This document shows, in pieces, positions 39,438-51,040 of a DNA stretch of 64,000 bases. The stretch is from Octopus bimaculoides (taxonomy: Eukaryota). Location: NCBI RefSeq assembly GCF_001194135.2, contig NC_068986.1:37732458-37796457 (forward strand), given 5' to 3'. The notes beneath the pieces are model-generated. The model did no database searches, was not told the origin of the DNA, and worked only from the letters and a program-made list of their open reading frames with translations. Made by a program: the position numbers and the translations under genes. The number at the start of each line of letters is the position of its first letter. Position 1 is the first letter of the stretch.

Positions 39438-39819
39438 TGTTGGCACTCTGTCGCTTACGACGCCGAGGGTTCCAGTTGATCCGATCAACGGAACAGCCTG
39501 ATCGTGAAATTAACGTGCAAGTGGCTGAGCAATCCACAGACACGTGTGCTCTTAACGTAGTTCTCGGGGATATTCAGCTTGACACAAAGTGTGACAAGAC
39601 TGACCCTCTGCATTACAGGCACAACAGAAGCAGGAAGTAAGAGTGAGAGAAAGTTGTGGTGGAAGAATACAGCAGGGTACACCACCATCCCCTGCCGGAG
39701 CCTTGTGGAGCTTTAGGTGTTTTCGCTCAATAAACACTCACAACGCCCGGTCTGGGAATCGAAACCGCGATCCTATGACCGCGAGTCCGCTGCCCTAACC
39801 GCTGGACCATTGCGCCTCC
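39438..39819 (-). mobile_element. Full-length tRNA-derived SINE (family C), 13-bp TSD
   Basis: A box TGGTCCAGCGG and B box GGTTTCGATTCC on the minus strand; TSD ACTCTAGTAAAGT at 39425-39437 and 39820-39832. Confidence 0.9.
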
Positions 39820-40691
39820 ACTCTAGTAAAGTACTAATACTCTATTAGAAGTATGAATGACAAAGCTGACCCCTGCAGTATTCTACCTCAGTGCACAGAG
39901 AACCGGAATACCCACAGAATGGCAATCTAGTCAACATTGTAAAAATTTTGGTCAGTTCGCCATCTTACAGAACATGCTTGTCTCTTCTCTCCTTCCTTTT
40001 TTAATTTACTCACCAAAATACCCGTATTAAATAATTCAAACAATCCTTTCCACCACTCGGTTTGTTCATTTTTTTTTTTACTTCGAAAATTGAAGTACTT
40101 ACTGTTGCAATATCACTCGTCATTTCTGACCTACAATCTAGAAGTTAAAAACTAACTAAATAAATGGAGAAAGCTAGTGTAACGTTCATAACATTGATCC
40201 ATCATTTCATCTTTGAAGCAAGTATGAATGTTTATCTATAATTCCCAGTCTCTTTTCTCATGGTTTCTTGTTCAACAGATATGACACAAAAAAATGCTTT
40301 ATGACCCCATGATGCGTATAGTCCTGAAAAATGATATAATTCCTATTGTGACAGTTTTACTTGCGACTTAATACATATAGTTCAGACCCGGATGCCATGT
40401 GTAATTTAATTTTGAAATGCGATCTAATATGGACTCAGTATCCAGCCAACGTAATATAAACCATCCACGATAAGGAAAGAAGAGGGGAGACTTACTGAAA
40501 ATAAAATGAATAATTACAGCAATATAAGCACTTTTTTTAAAGACTTCTTTAGCTGTTTTATTTATCTGCTTGTTACACGTCATAGATATATTCACAAATA
40601 CACAATATGTCCGTGCCTCTATAATACAGCTATGTATGTATCAGGGAAATGTAAATAGGAAAGTGGTCATTGATAAATGCATATACTAATT

Positions 40692-41061
40692 GTTTTCTTG
40701 GCACTCCGTCGGTTACGATGTTGAGGGTTCCAGTTGATCCGATCAACGGAACACCCTGCTCGTGAAATTAACGTGCAAGTGGCTGAGCACTCCACAGACA
40801 CGTGTACCCTTAACGTAGTTCTCGGGGAGATTCAGTGTGACACAGAGTGTGACAAGGCTGGCCCTTTGAAATAAAGGTACAACAGAAACAGGAAGAAAGA
40901 GTGAGAGTACAGCAGGGTTCGCCACCATCTCCTGCCGGAGGCTTGTGGAACTTTAGGTGTTTTCGCTCAATAAACACTCACAACGCCCGGTCTGGGAATC
41001 GAAACCGCGATCCTACGACCGTCAGTCCACTGCCCTAACCACTGGGCCATTGTGCCTCCAC
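40692..41061 (-). mobile_element. Full-length tRNA-derived SINE (family C, same subfamily as 39438), 13-bp TSD
   Basis: Near-identical to 39438-39819; TSD GCATATACTAATT at 40679-40691 and 41062-41074. Confidence 0.9.
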
Positions 41062-41194
41062 GCATATACTAATTAAATAAGGGTAAATAGCACAGTATCA
41101 GAATAGTCGTTCTGTTATATTGTGTATTTCACTGTTGTAGTAGGTATGTCAAATTTCGGAGTTCAAATTCTAGTTCCTTTTTTTTTTCATCATA

Positions 41195-41600
41195 AGGCGT
41201 AAGCGTGGTTGTACGGTAAGAAGCTAGTTTCCAAACCACATAGTTCCTGTTTCAGTTCCACCGCGTGGCACCCTAGTTAGGTGTCTTCTACAATAACCTT
41301 GGGCCGACCAAAGCCTTGTGAGTGAATTTGATTGACAGAAACTGAAAGAAGCACGTCGAGTGTGTGCGTGTGTGTGTGTGTGTTTCTGTCTGTTTTTCTC
41401 CCTACCACCACCGCTTGACAACCGGTCTTGGTGTGTTTACATCCCCGTACCCCAGCGGTTCGGCATAAGAGACTGATAGAATAAGTACCAGGCTTTAAAA
41501 AATAAGTACTGGGATCGATTCGTTCGACTAAAAAAATTCTTCGAGGTGGTGCCCCAGCACGGCCGCAGTCTGATGACTGAAACAAGTAAAAGACAAAAGA
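41195..41600 (+). mobile_element. Full-length family B SINE
   Basis: gcgtggcacc...gtgtcttctacaataaccttgggccgaccaaagccttgtgagtg...(GT)n...ggtgccccagcacggccgcagtc...gactgaaacaagtaaaag. Confidence 0.85.
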
Positions 41601-41699
41601 TAAGGAAATTAGTTAATTAACTTCAATAAAATTAGTCAAAGTATTTTCACTTTTCCGTATTCCTTCATAAAACTGGACCAGGAAAAGCAATTATTTACA

Positions 41700-41894
41700 T
41701 ATAGGCATAGCTGTATCGGTGCAGGAACGTCTGTGTAGCTATGAAGCTCGCTTTGAAACCATGTGCGTTGGGGTTCGATCCTACTGCACGGTACCTTAAT
41801 CAAGCGTCTTATACATTGGCCCAGGGCCGACCATCGTCTTGTAAGTGAATTTAGTAGACAAAACGGTATGGAGACCTGTCATTTATGTGTGTGT

Positions 41895-41930
<36 letters not shown>

Positions 41931-42070
41931 TGTGTGCGTGCTTGCGTGTGTGTGTAGATGTGTGCTCCCGCTTGACAATTGGTGTTCGTTTGCTTACGTC
42001 CCTTATGCTAGAAGTGCAGCTAAGCATTTTGTCTGGCGTGCTAATGATTCTGCCAGGTCGCCACCTTAAC
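41700..42070 (+). mobile_element. Family B SINE, 3'-truncated, abutting a reverse family A head
   Basis: gggttcgatcctactgcacggtacctt...gggccgacc; gctaagcatttt...cgtgctaatgattctgccag. Confidence 0.7.
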
Positions 42071-43589
42071 AGAGGTAATAATAATCAAGAACAGAGATAT
42101 TATATGTTTCATTGTGCAGCAAAATGGCTTTCATATGCTTCATTGTCAATAACGTAGGTATCATATGCCTCTAATCTGTTTACTGTACAGCAACATAATA
42201 TAGATTATACATAAGGTATCTGATACTCTACGCGTCTACCACCATTAAAACCAACGGCTCCACCATTAATTTTTATTTCAGCGATATCATTGGATAATTT
42301 GAACATCTTTTCCTGTTTATAATTGTCAGTTGAAGTTGCGACAGTTGATATGTCTCACTTGCAACGTAGTTTTTGAATTTAGGTAGTAAAATGAAACTTT
42401 AGATTTAACAAAAGCCTGAACTTCTGTTAAAATGGCATATGAGGAGAAAAAGATAAATATCGTTGGCAGAAATGTGTCACCAATAAATTCAACAATTTGT
42501 CAGTTCTATGACAAAGTTAACATTGTTTGACCGGCATTCCAAACATGACTGCCTCGCTTTATTTTTATTCCTTTTTTTTTTTTTTTTNNNNNNNNNNTTT
42601 TTTTTTTTTTTTTGTACATTTTCGTTTTCAGAACTACTATACCCATTTTATTAATCCATTTTTGTAAGCAGTAGTATACTATTCGAAGTAAGTTTGGCTG
42701 CCATTTATAGCAAGTTGAACAACCGTGTGAGACTCCTTAATTAGAGCTGAACTGGAGCACGCAATAACAACAGCAAATTTTCACCACAACACTAATAACA
42801 ACAACATTTATATTATAGCAAAGTTGTTTCGAAGAAATTCCTAACATTAATGGTAGTTTGAATATGAAAATAGCAGTCATTATTTTACCATTTTCTTTCA
42901 AACTTTTAAATCTCTGCTGCCCTACCACCGCGCCATTTCTTTGTAACTTCATAACGTATTAAGATCGCGCATCCATTTTCGTTTGAAAACTAATTCTCCA
43001 GTTATATTTTATCGTCTGTTAGAAATGTTTTTTAATGTTTTAAGCTTGTTAGATATTTGTTTGACATTCTCGCACATATTTTAGAGTCACGAGGAAAAAA
43101 TACAATTATGGTGCTGTGAAAGTTGGTCACGAATTCGTCTTGTATCTCATGCTGTTTCTCCTGATATCTCCGAATATCCTTTTACAGCATAGAAACAGAA
43201 TAAAACCATCCCATATGGTAATCATTGAAGACAGAGCTTAGAGTTTTAAGAAATGGGGGGAGGGAACAAAGGAAGAGAGAGAGAAAAGGATAGAAAAATA
43301 TGGCGGGAAAGAGATTAGTTGCGGTATCTAATTTGAGTGGGGGGTGGGGTGCTGTTCGTTTTACTTGCTGCTTACTCGTTGACAAATCGACATTTTCAGA
43401 TTATCCTTTCCCTTAAATCATGTCTGGGTGACGTAACATTATCTTTGCCATATCGTAATTTTGTCATACTTTCTCCCTATTCGTCTTCCATTTACGCACA
43501 CATACGTATATGTAAATACACACACACACATGCACACACACACACACACACATATATATATAAGTATGTGTGTGTACGTATGTATGTAT

Positions 43590-43773
43590 ATAGATAGATA
43601 CATACATACATACATACATACATACATAGATATATACACACACACACACACAAGCACACACACACATGCTTGCGCGTTATCTGCGTATTTACATACACAA
43701 GCATATATACATACATACATACATACATACATACATACATACATACACACATACATACATACATACATACATG

Positions 43774-43835
<62 letters not shown>
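43590..43835. repeat. (CATA)n compound microsatellite
   Basis: Direct reading. Confidence 0.95.
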
Positions 43836-43836
<1 letters not shown>

Positions 43837-44645
43837 GCAGACACACATAAACTCAAAAGGTTTTCGCGCTTAAGTTGTTTACACTTCTTTTACAGCCTGA
43901 ACCTCGGCTCACTGTCTCACTTGAATCTAATTGTATAAGTTCAGAAGGATTATAGTTACAATTTGCACGGCTAGGAGGCGCTGAAACGGAATGTATTGGG
44001 TTACAAACGCTGTTGAGTTGATAGTTTTCTGTAAAACATAATGAAATACAACAGCATTAACAGACATTCCATGTTTCCTCCAAATCTTTCTTGCTTTAAA
44101 TTTACTCCTTCTATATTTTTCTTTAACTCAAAAGTTATGTAACTATACTACAAAGCACAGTTAAAACTCCTCTTCACTTTCTTGGTTCACATCATATGAA
44201 AGTCGATTTGTCTCCCATTCTTTCTGGGTCGGGAAAATAATGTACCAATTAAGAACTCAGTCGATTATGATCGATTATCTTCCACCTGCCCACCCCACCA
44301 CCAAATTTGAGGCCTTGTGTCTACATTAGAAGTCAATGTCTCCTTCGTTCAACTCGCATCCCAGATCTCTGACCCCTCTATTGTCTTCTCTTGGCCATTC
44401 CTCTTTCACATCTCAATTCACCACCACCTCCAATATCATCCCTTCTCACAACCCTCCAACGACTTCAATTTCTTTTTCGTTCTCATATCTTTAACTCAAA
44501 TGACACCAATACTTTTCATCTTTTCTTCACTCACGACAAAAGACGAAGACTCGAAACGTCAGTACATTCATTAATATTGCCCTAAAATTCTGTATGTTAT
44601 AATCTTTCTGTTATTTTTTCCCTTTGTATCTCATTGCAACCTTAC

Positions 44646-44726
44646 TTGTTTTGTCTTCATCGGAAGTTGTTGTATAGAAAGAAACGTTTTCTGGAGGATG
44701 TTTCTTTTGTTCCTTGCCAGCCATGG
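44646..44726 (-). CDS. Candidate 81-nt phase 1-1 exon (MAGKEQKKHPPENVSFYTTTSDEDKT)
   Basis: ttcttaactgcatag|CCATGG Kozak context; donor ACAA|gtaagg; unique sequence; no homology recognised. Confidence 0.3.
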
Positions 44727-45179
44727 CTATGCAGTTAAGAAGTCGGAAGTCACACTCACAAGTACACGTTTCGAGCCCAGTTCTTGGCAGTTTAGTTAAA
44801 TGTGTATCACGGTGGCTTGAGAGGATTAAAATTTTTAAGTGAAGTTTGGGAGACATAAACTGCGTGGAAATTCGTCGAAGGGACCATTAATTATGAAGGA
44901 GTTTTGTACTCAATCCGCCACTTATTTTAATACCAACAAATGGCTTTCAGTGTATCTTTAGCAAAGTTTATTTTGTAGCAAACATTCAGTTCTTGTCTCC
45001 GGTCTAAAGACAAATTTCTTCTTCCCTTCTATTCTTCCTCCTTAGATGAAGACATGCTTGTTGGTGTAATTATTATTAGTCCATATTCACATTTACCCAC
45101 CAGTAAATGCAAATGAATATTTAATATTTCAATTCATAATTAATACATACTAGTAATTAAGAAACTTGTATGTAGTGGC

Positions 45180-45372
45180 TCGATTCGTTTGATATAGCAG
45201 CCAAGTCTCTTAGAAATTACATTCTACCGTTTTATAAAAAGGGACACATTGAATAACGTAATTCTAGATACATCGTGTCTGGAGAAAAGACATTCTAGTC
45301 ATCTCTGGAGCGTCCTTAATCATAAATTTGTTCAATCAGCACTGAACTGAGCCTAAACAACACCAACAATAA
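45180..45372 (+). repeat. Representative copy of an old dispersed ~190-bp repeat ending in ctaaacaacaac
   Basis: Pattern tagcagccaa.tctc...aaaaaggacacattg.ataa...ggtcat...ctaaacaac recurs at 45832-46020, 48155-48340, 36160-36370, 17514-17700 and 6790-6930, and in reverse at 51716-51915. Confidence 0.6.
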
Positions 45373-45574
45373 TCCTTTATATTAAGGGCACAAAGGCTGT
45401 GTAGTGTCGACCCCCTTAGGCGAAGAAGTAGGCTCTCCCAAGACATATAAAAAGAGGTAGTCTGGCCGTTGTAGGAGTGTTGAGTAGCAGTTGAGTAGCG
45501 GTCGAGTAGCAGTTGTGTAGCGGTTGAGTAGAGATCATCCAAAGGTACTAGATAGCAGTAGCGTTGAGACATAA

Positions 45575-45771
45575 CAGCCTGAAATTTGGGGTAGAGGGAT
45601 AGTCGATTACATATAGACTCCAGTGCTCAACTAGTACTTATTTTATCGACCCCGAAAGGGTGAAAGGCAAAGTCGACTTCGGTAGAATTTGAACTCGGAA
45701 CGTAAGGGCGGACGAAATGCTGCTAAGCATTTTGCCCGGCGTGCTAACGGTTCTGCTAGGTCGCCACCTTA
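45575..45771 (-). mobile_element. Family A SINE
   Basis: aaaggcaaagtcgacttcggtagaatttgaactcggaacg...cgtgctaacggttctgct. Confidence 0.85.
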
Positions 45772-46055
45772 TACAACACCAACAATGATAACAATCAAAA
45801 TCAAATTCGACAGAGCCTCTTCGCAATCGTCCAATTTGCTGGAAATAGCAGCTAAATCTCCTTAATTTTTTCCCTGTGTTGTACTATCAAAATGAAGAAT
45901 GCATTGGACAATTTTATCAAATATACACAAAAAGTCAGTATGGTCATGAGTGGAACGCTTCTTATCATATGACCGGTCGATCATTGCTGACTTGATGTTA
46001 AACAACTGCAATGACGACAAATATTAAGTCTGAAATTAAGCATATTTGGACTTAC

Positions 46056-46221
46056 TAATAAACCAAAAGCGGTAAGCATAATCCATTGCCCCGTAGAGAA
46101 ACACCACCAGGTTCTTGAATGCCTATAGCGGCGTCTACTCTGTGGCAAACATTAGTCTCTGGTTTGGCTTTCCACCAGTTGGGGTAGTCCCTTTAAATGG
46201 TCATGGGCACCACCGTTCTTA
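46056..46221 (-). other. Candidate 5'UTR/start exon (ends MDYAYRFWFI, phase 1)
   Basis: Acceptor ttctttttatcgttttggcag|; GCAATGG at 46086; donor ATTA|gtaagt; GC-richer unique patch. Confidence 0.25.
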
Positions 46222-49200
46222 CTGCCAAAACGATAAAAAGAAACATGCCAAGTAGTTAACTTTATAAAATTCCATCCACAAAATAGACAGGAAATTTGAA
46301 GAGCAACAAAATTCAAACTGGAAACTCTCTCGATTCAGCGGCATATATAGACCATAAATCAGAAATCCATTATAGATAATAATCTCTCGGATGTCAACTG
46401 CTAAATACATCAACTTAAAAGTTTTTCTGTTATTAAACAGAGTCTCTGTTTAAGATCCACGATACTATACTTTCCCTTGTGAATGACGGAAACTGATATA
46501 TATATTTATGTTCTAAATACATGAATATACCAGACATCTCGCAATAACAACCACCAACATTAACAGAATTTTTAACAATTTTCTGATTAACAGTGTATAA
46601 ATAACTGGTATTTACCAACCAACACTTGCTTTCTCTCTCATTCAGTTAAAACCAGCGACAATTTAGTAAGCGAGTTTATAAATCGTTCACGTACGCGGCG
46701 TCTATCTACACTACTACTGATTTATTCCAATCCCGGTACCCGGGTTTTTTTTTCCTTTTTTTTTTTCTTTCTTAACTGAATGAAAAATAAGCTCAAAAAC
46801 CTCGTCGTCAAAAGAATTAAAAAAGCTGCCTCTTCACTCTCATTCCCTCTCTTCCCCTCTCTCGCCACTCCCTCTCTCTGTCTCTATCTATCTATCTATT
46901 TATCTTTCTCCTAGGCACACATAAACACATAGATTCAAACACGTACACAATTACAGTGTGTTTCGATGTGTTGAAATGTTTCACATTGTGATAAAAAAAA
47001 ACTGCTAATTAGTTTGCATAAATATTTTCTCGGCTGAGAGACAAGCTCTGGAAATGCTGAGGAAGCTTTTTTCATCATGTCAAAAGAAAAATGATGCAAA
47101 TTTATTGCCTTTCTAATATTTTATTATGTCTATACTTGAATTACCAAATTAATGATAACATATTTATGACATGATGCGTTAAAAATCAACCAAGAAATAT
47201 ATACCTGGAGGAGAAACAAGTGATATCATGCTAATAAATTACTAATAATAACTGTGTTTTTCCGACAAGTACAGGAGACAACACTGAGCATGTCTCAGAT
47301 TTATTTTGACCTCACCAGCTAAAAACAAAGCCTTCACTGTAGTTATTGAAGCAAGATGACCGTATAACTAAGTCTTCAAGATTGAACATGTATATGTTGG
47401 AGTAGAGACTGGCTGTATTTCTCTTCAGAAGTTCACAAAACAAGAAAACTCTTGTTAATATGCTTTATGTGCCAAAGTAGATCATTGTTTTCTTATCTCA
47501 GATTATCGATTCTTAAAGAACGTATAAGAATGGTCTCTCGTAGGAAACTGATGGAATGCCGACATTTTATGCTTTCGGGAATACTTACGCGAGCAAAAAT
47601 TAGGTTTGTTACTGAAAGATACGGAATAAAAAATTTAACGAGAAAGAATAAAGGGAACGCTAGGGTCTGATACCTTATACATCTGGTCATCTGGTAACAA
47701 AACATACGACGTTGATGCGTGATATAAAGAGCGTTAATACTGTTTCACTGGAGAGAGCTAAGCGTTCTACTAAGATAAAAGAACCATGTACCAAATTCAT
47801 GTCGGCATGTTGTTGCTGGAGGTGGGTGAATTGTGAAAACCAACGATCAGAGACAATTCATACAGGATTATCCCATCATTATTTCTAGGTATCGTATATC
47901 TAATATATTATCCACGCATATTTAACGAGTCCCAAACTGTTAAATACAAACAAGAAAGATTTTTTGCAAAAAAATATTTCTTCCTTCCCTCCTATTTATG
48001 GAACAGACAAAATAACATTTTGCCACCATATAATTTTTCTGTCTTTACTCTGGGTGTTGGACAAATTTCGAAAGCTTATTTTAATGTCCTTAAACCCGGA
48101 AGTATCTCTGCTCATTTTTCAATCCTCATAGGCCATCGCCACCCCTATGAGAAAATCACTGCCTTAAAGCACACCTTCCGTTTAAAAAAAAAAACAAAAG
48201 CAGTTATCAAAGATTATAAGTGGATAATATATTAGATACACGATGCCTGGAAATAAACGGATGATCCTAGCTGAGACGTTTTTGATAATAAGTATTCTTA
48301 GTCGGGGGTGGAACAGGGGCCAGACAACAACAACAAAAACACATCATTCTAAATGAAATGGTTCGTTCTTTTCTGACTTTGTATAACATTAATCCGTCTC
48401 ACAAATGAAATAGCATTACGCCTCTTATCTGAAATCTACTTAATCCGAATTTATTTGATCCATATTTCACTTGATCCGAATTCCATTTAGTAGAACACAT
48501 CACGCCTAAAAGATTTATAATTCTTCGCTAAGACCCCCGCCCCCAAGATTTAAACACAGTATATTAATAATTTCATTATCATCCTTACAGATGGCAGCGA
48601 CAACTCTATAACGCCTGTCGTTCTCATTTCAATCAATCCTAGTTTGATCTTTAGATACACATCTCAACTAGCAAATACCTTAAGTGGTTAGATCTTATAT
48701 TCCACTAAAAATAATTGAATTCAATACTTTAACACAGATTTAATCTGAAATCTTTCAAATTTTCTTGTCTTTTATTGTTTAAATTTTTATTCAAAACAAA
48801 GTATTTCTCTTTTTTTTTTTTGTTTCAACGTCTTCTTGTGTACTTCAAAATGTCCGCCTTTGTTTCAAGATACATCAGCGTTTATGCTTCTGTGTCTTTG
48901 TACACACACATACATATGCATTTTGTGTATGGATACATAATACATATTATAAGTGTATGTATGTGTGTGTATACATACAAACATATATATATATATATAT
49001 ATATATACAAGGGTGTGTGTGTAGAAATATATATTTGCCTGTGCCTATGTAAATGTGTGAGTGCGCGCGTGCATGTTTGTGTACGTGCGTGTAAAAACGA
49101 GTAAAACTTCTTCGTGAATGTTTGTTTCCTCGATACTTTACTGCTTCATTTTGTTCTCTGTTTTGTTTTTGTCTTTTTTGTTTTGTTTTTACTTTTTCGC

Positions 49201-50180
49201 ATGATACAAGTTATTTTGTTTCTTTTATTTCTTCTTCAGAGATTAAAAACCCAAAACAAATACGTACAATACATCTATAAACGTCTGTCCATATACTCAC
49301 ATACATAACTACGTACATACGTGGGGGGGGGGGGTTGGCTTTGTGTGTGTTTACTGCCATCCCTAATTTTATAATGCAACTTGTTCCTTGTGAATTTGTG
49401 GACAAAATCCTTTTAAGCACAGATAAGAACAAGATAAATAGAATTAAAATATTAGAACTCTCCAAGACAGCTGTTAGCCTTATCAAACTTCAGTTGATTA
49501 TTGTTTCACTTTCATTTCTGATTAGATAAGAACAAGATTCTGCTTTCCCTGCTTTTTTTCTTTTTCCTTTTTCTTCTTTGATTCCTCTGGGTGTTTTTTT
49601 TTTATATCTTTGTATTTAGTAAAAAGTAAACTATAGAACTTTTCCCTACCTATTGAGTCACTTTGTTGTTTTGTTTATGCTGATGTGGCTGTAAATGAGT
49701 TTGTTGTTTTTGCTGTTGGTACTTATGATCGAAGGCGCTCCAACTATGTCCATCACTGTACGAGGGACAACACCGTCGAATGCATCCCCTCCTCTCTCGC
49801 TCTCTCTCCCTATAAATATATACATATAAAATTTAAAGAAAATGGAGATAACATTGATGAACAACAATTGGTTTGCATCAATTATTATTTATTAATAGTT
49901 TACTAATTATCTATTTCAATTATTTATATATATATTATAAATAATAAAAGATAATAATTGATGCAAATCAATCGTTGTTCACCAATGTTATCTCCATTTT
50001 CTGTGGGGTTTTTTCTTAAATTTTGATTCCTGATAGACTGTTTGTCCTTGGCTTTACCTATTATTTATGAGCATAATATTTTTGCCCTTGTTTAAATATA
50101 GGTAATATACCGATAGTATTTTGGATACTTTTATCCCTAACCTCTAACTCAACTAACCTTATATATATATATATATATAT

Positions 50181-51040
50181 NNNNNNNNNNNNNNNNNNNN
50201 NNNNNNNNNNNNNNNNNNNNNNNNNNNNNNNNNNNNNNNNNNNNNNNNNNNNNNNNNNNNNNNNNNNNNNNNNNNNNNNNNNNNNNNNNNNNNNNNNNNN
50301 NNNNNNNNNNNNNNNNNNNNNNNNNNNNNNNNNNNNNNNNNNNNNNNNNNNNNNNNNNNNNNNNNNNNNNNNNNNNNNNNNNNNNNNNNNNNNNNNNNNN
50401 NNNNNNNNNNNNNNNNNNNNNNNNNNNNNNNNNNNNNNNNNNNNNNNNNNNNNNNNNNNNNNNNNNNNNNNNNNNNNNNNNNNNNNNNNNNNNNNNNNNN
50501 NNNNNNNNNNNNNNNNNNNNNNNNNNNNNNNNNNNNNNNNNNNNNNNNNNNNNNNNNNNNNNNNNNNNNNNNNNNNNNNNNNNNNNNNNNNNNNNNNNNN
50601 NNNNNNNNNNNNNNNNNNNNNNNNNNNNNNNNNNNNNNNNNNNNNNNNNNNNNNNNNNNNNNNNNNNNNNNNNNNNNNNNNNNNNNNNNNNNNNNNNNNN
50701 NNNNNNNNNNNNNNNNNNNNNNNNNNNNNNNNNNNNNNNNNNNNNNNNNNNNNNNNNNNNNNNNNNNNNNNNNNNNNNNNNNNNNNNNNNNNNNNNNNNN
50801 NNNNNNNNNNNNNNNNNNNNNNNNNNNNNNNNNNNNNNNNNNNNNNNNNNNNNNNNNNNNNNNNNNNNNNNNNNNNNNNNNNNNNNNNNNNNNNNNNNNN
50901 NNNNNNNNNNNNNNNNNNNNNNNNNNNNNNNNNNNNNNNNNNNNNNNNNNNNNNNNNNNNNNNNNNNNNNNNNNNNNNNNNNNNNNNNNNNNNNNNNNNN
51001 NNNNNNNNNNNNNNNNNNNNNNNNNNNNNNNNNNNNNNNN
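50181..51040. other. Assembly gap (largest of 20; others over 600 bp: 12753-13414, 52503-53155, 59202-59957, 60811-61438)
   Basis: N-run; real exons could be hidden in the gaps. Confidence 1.

Noticed and set aside
39745-39819. tRNA-like cloverleaf
   Set aside because: It is the head of a TSD-flanked SINE and continues into SINE body; not a tRNA gene.
44390-44570. Penelope-like end motif gacgaagactcgaaacgtcag after a pyrimidine-rich tract
   Set aside because: Only a short motif; no GIY-YIG or RT translation supports it.
44780-44826. DTHLTKLPRTGLET resembling an LGR leucine-rich repeat
   Set aside because: The LRR pattern does not continue and no other LRR exons are present.
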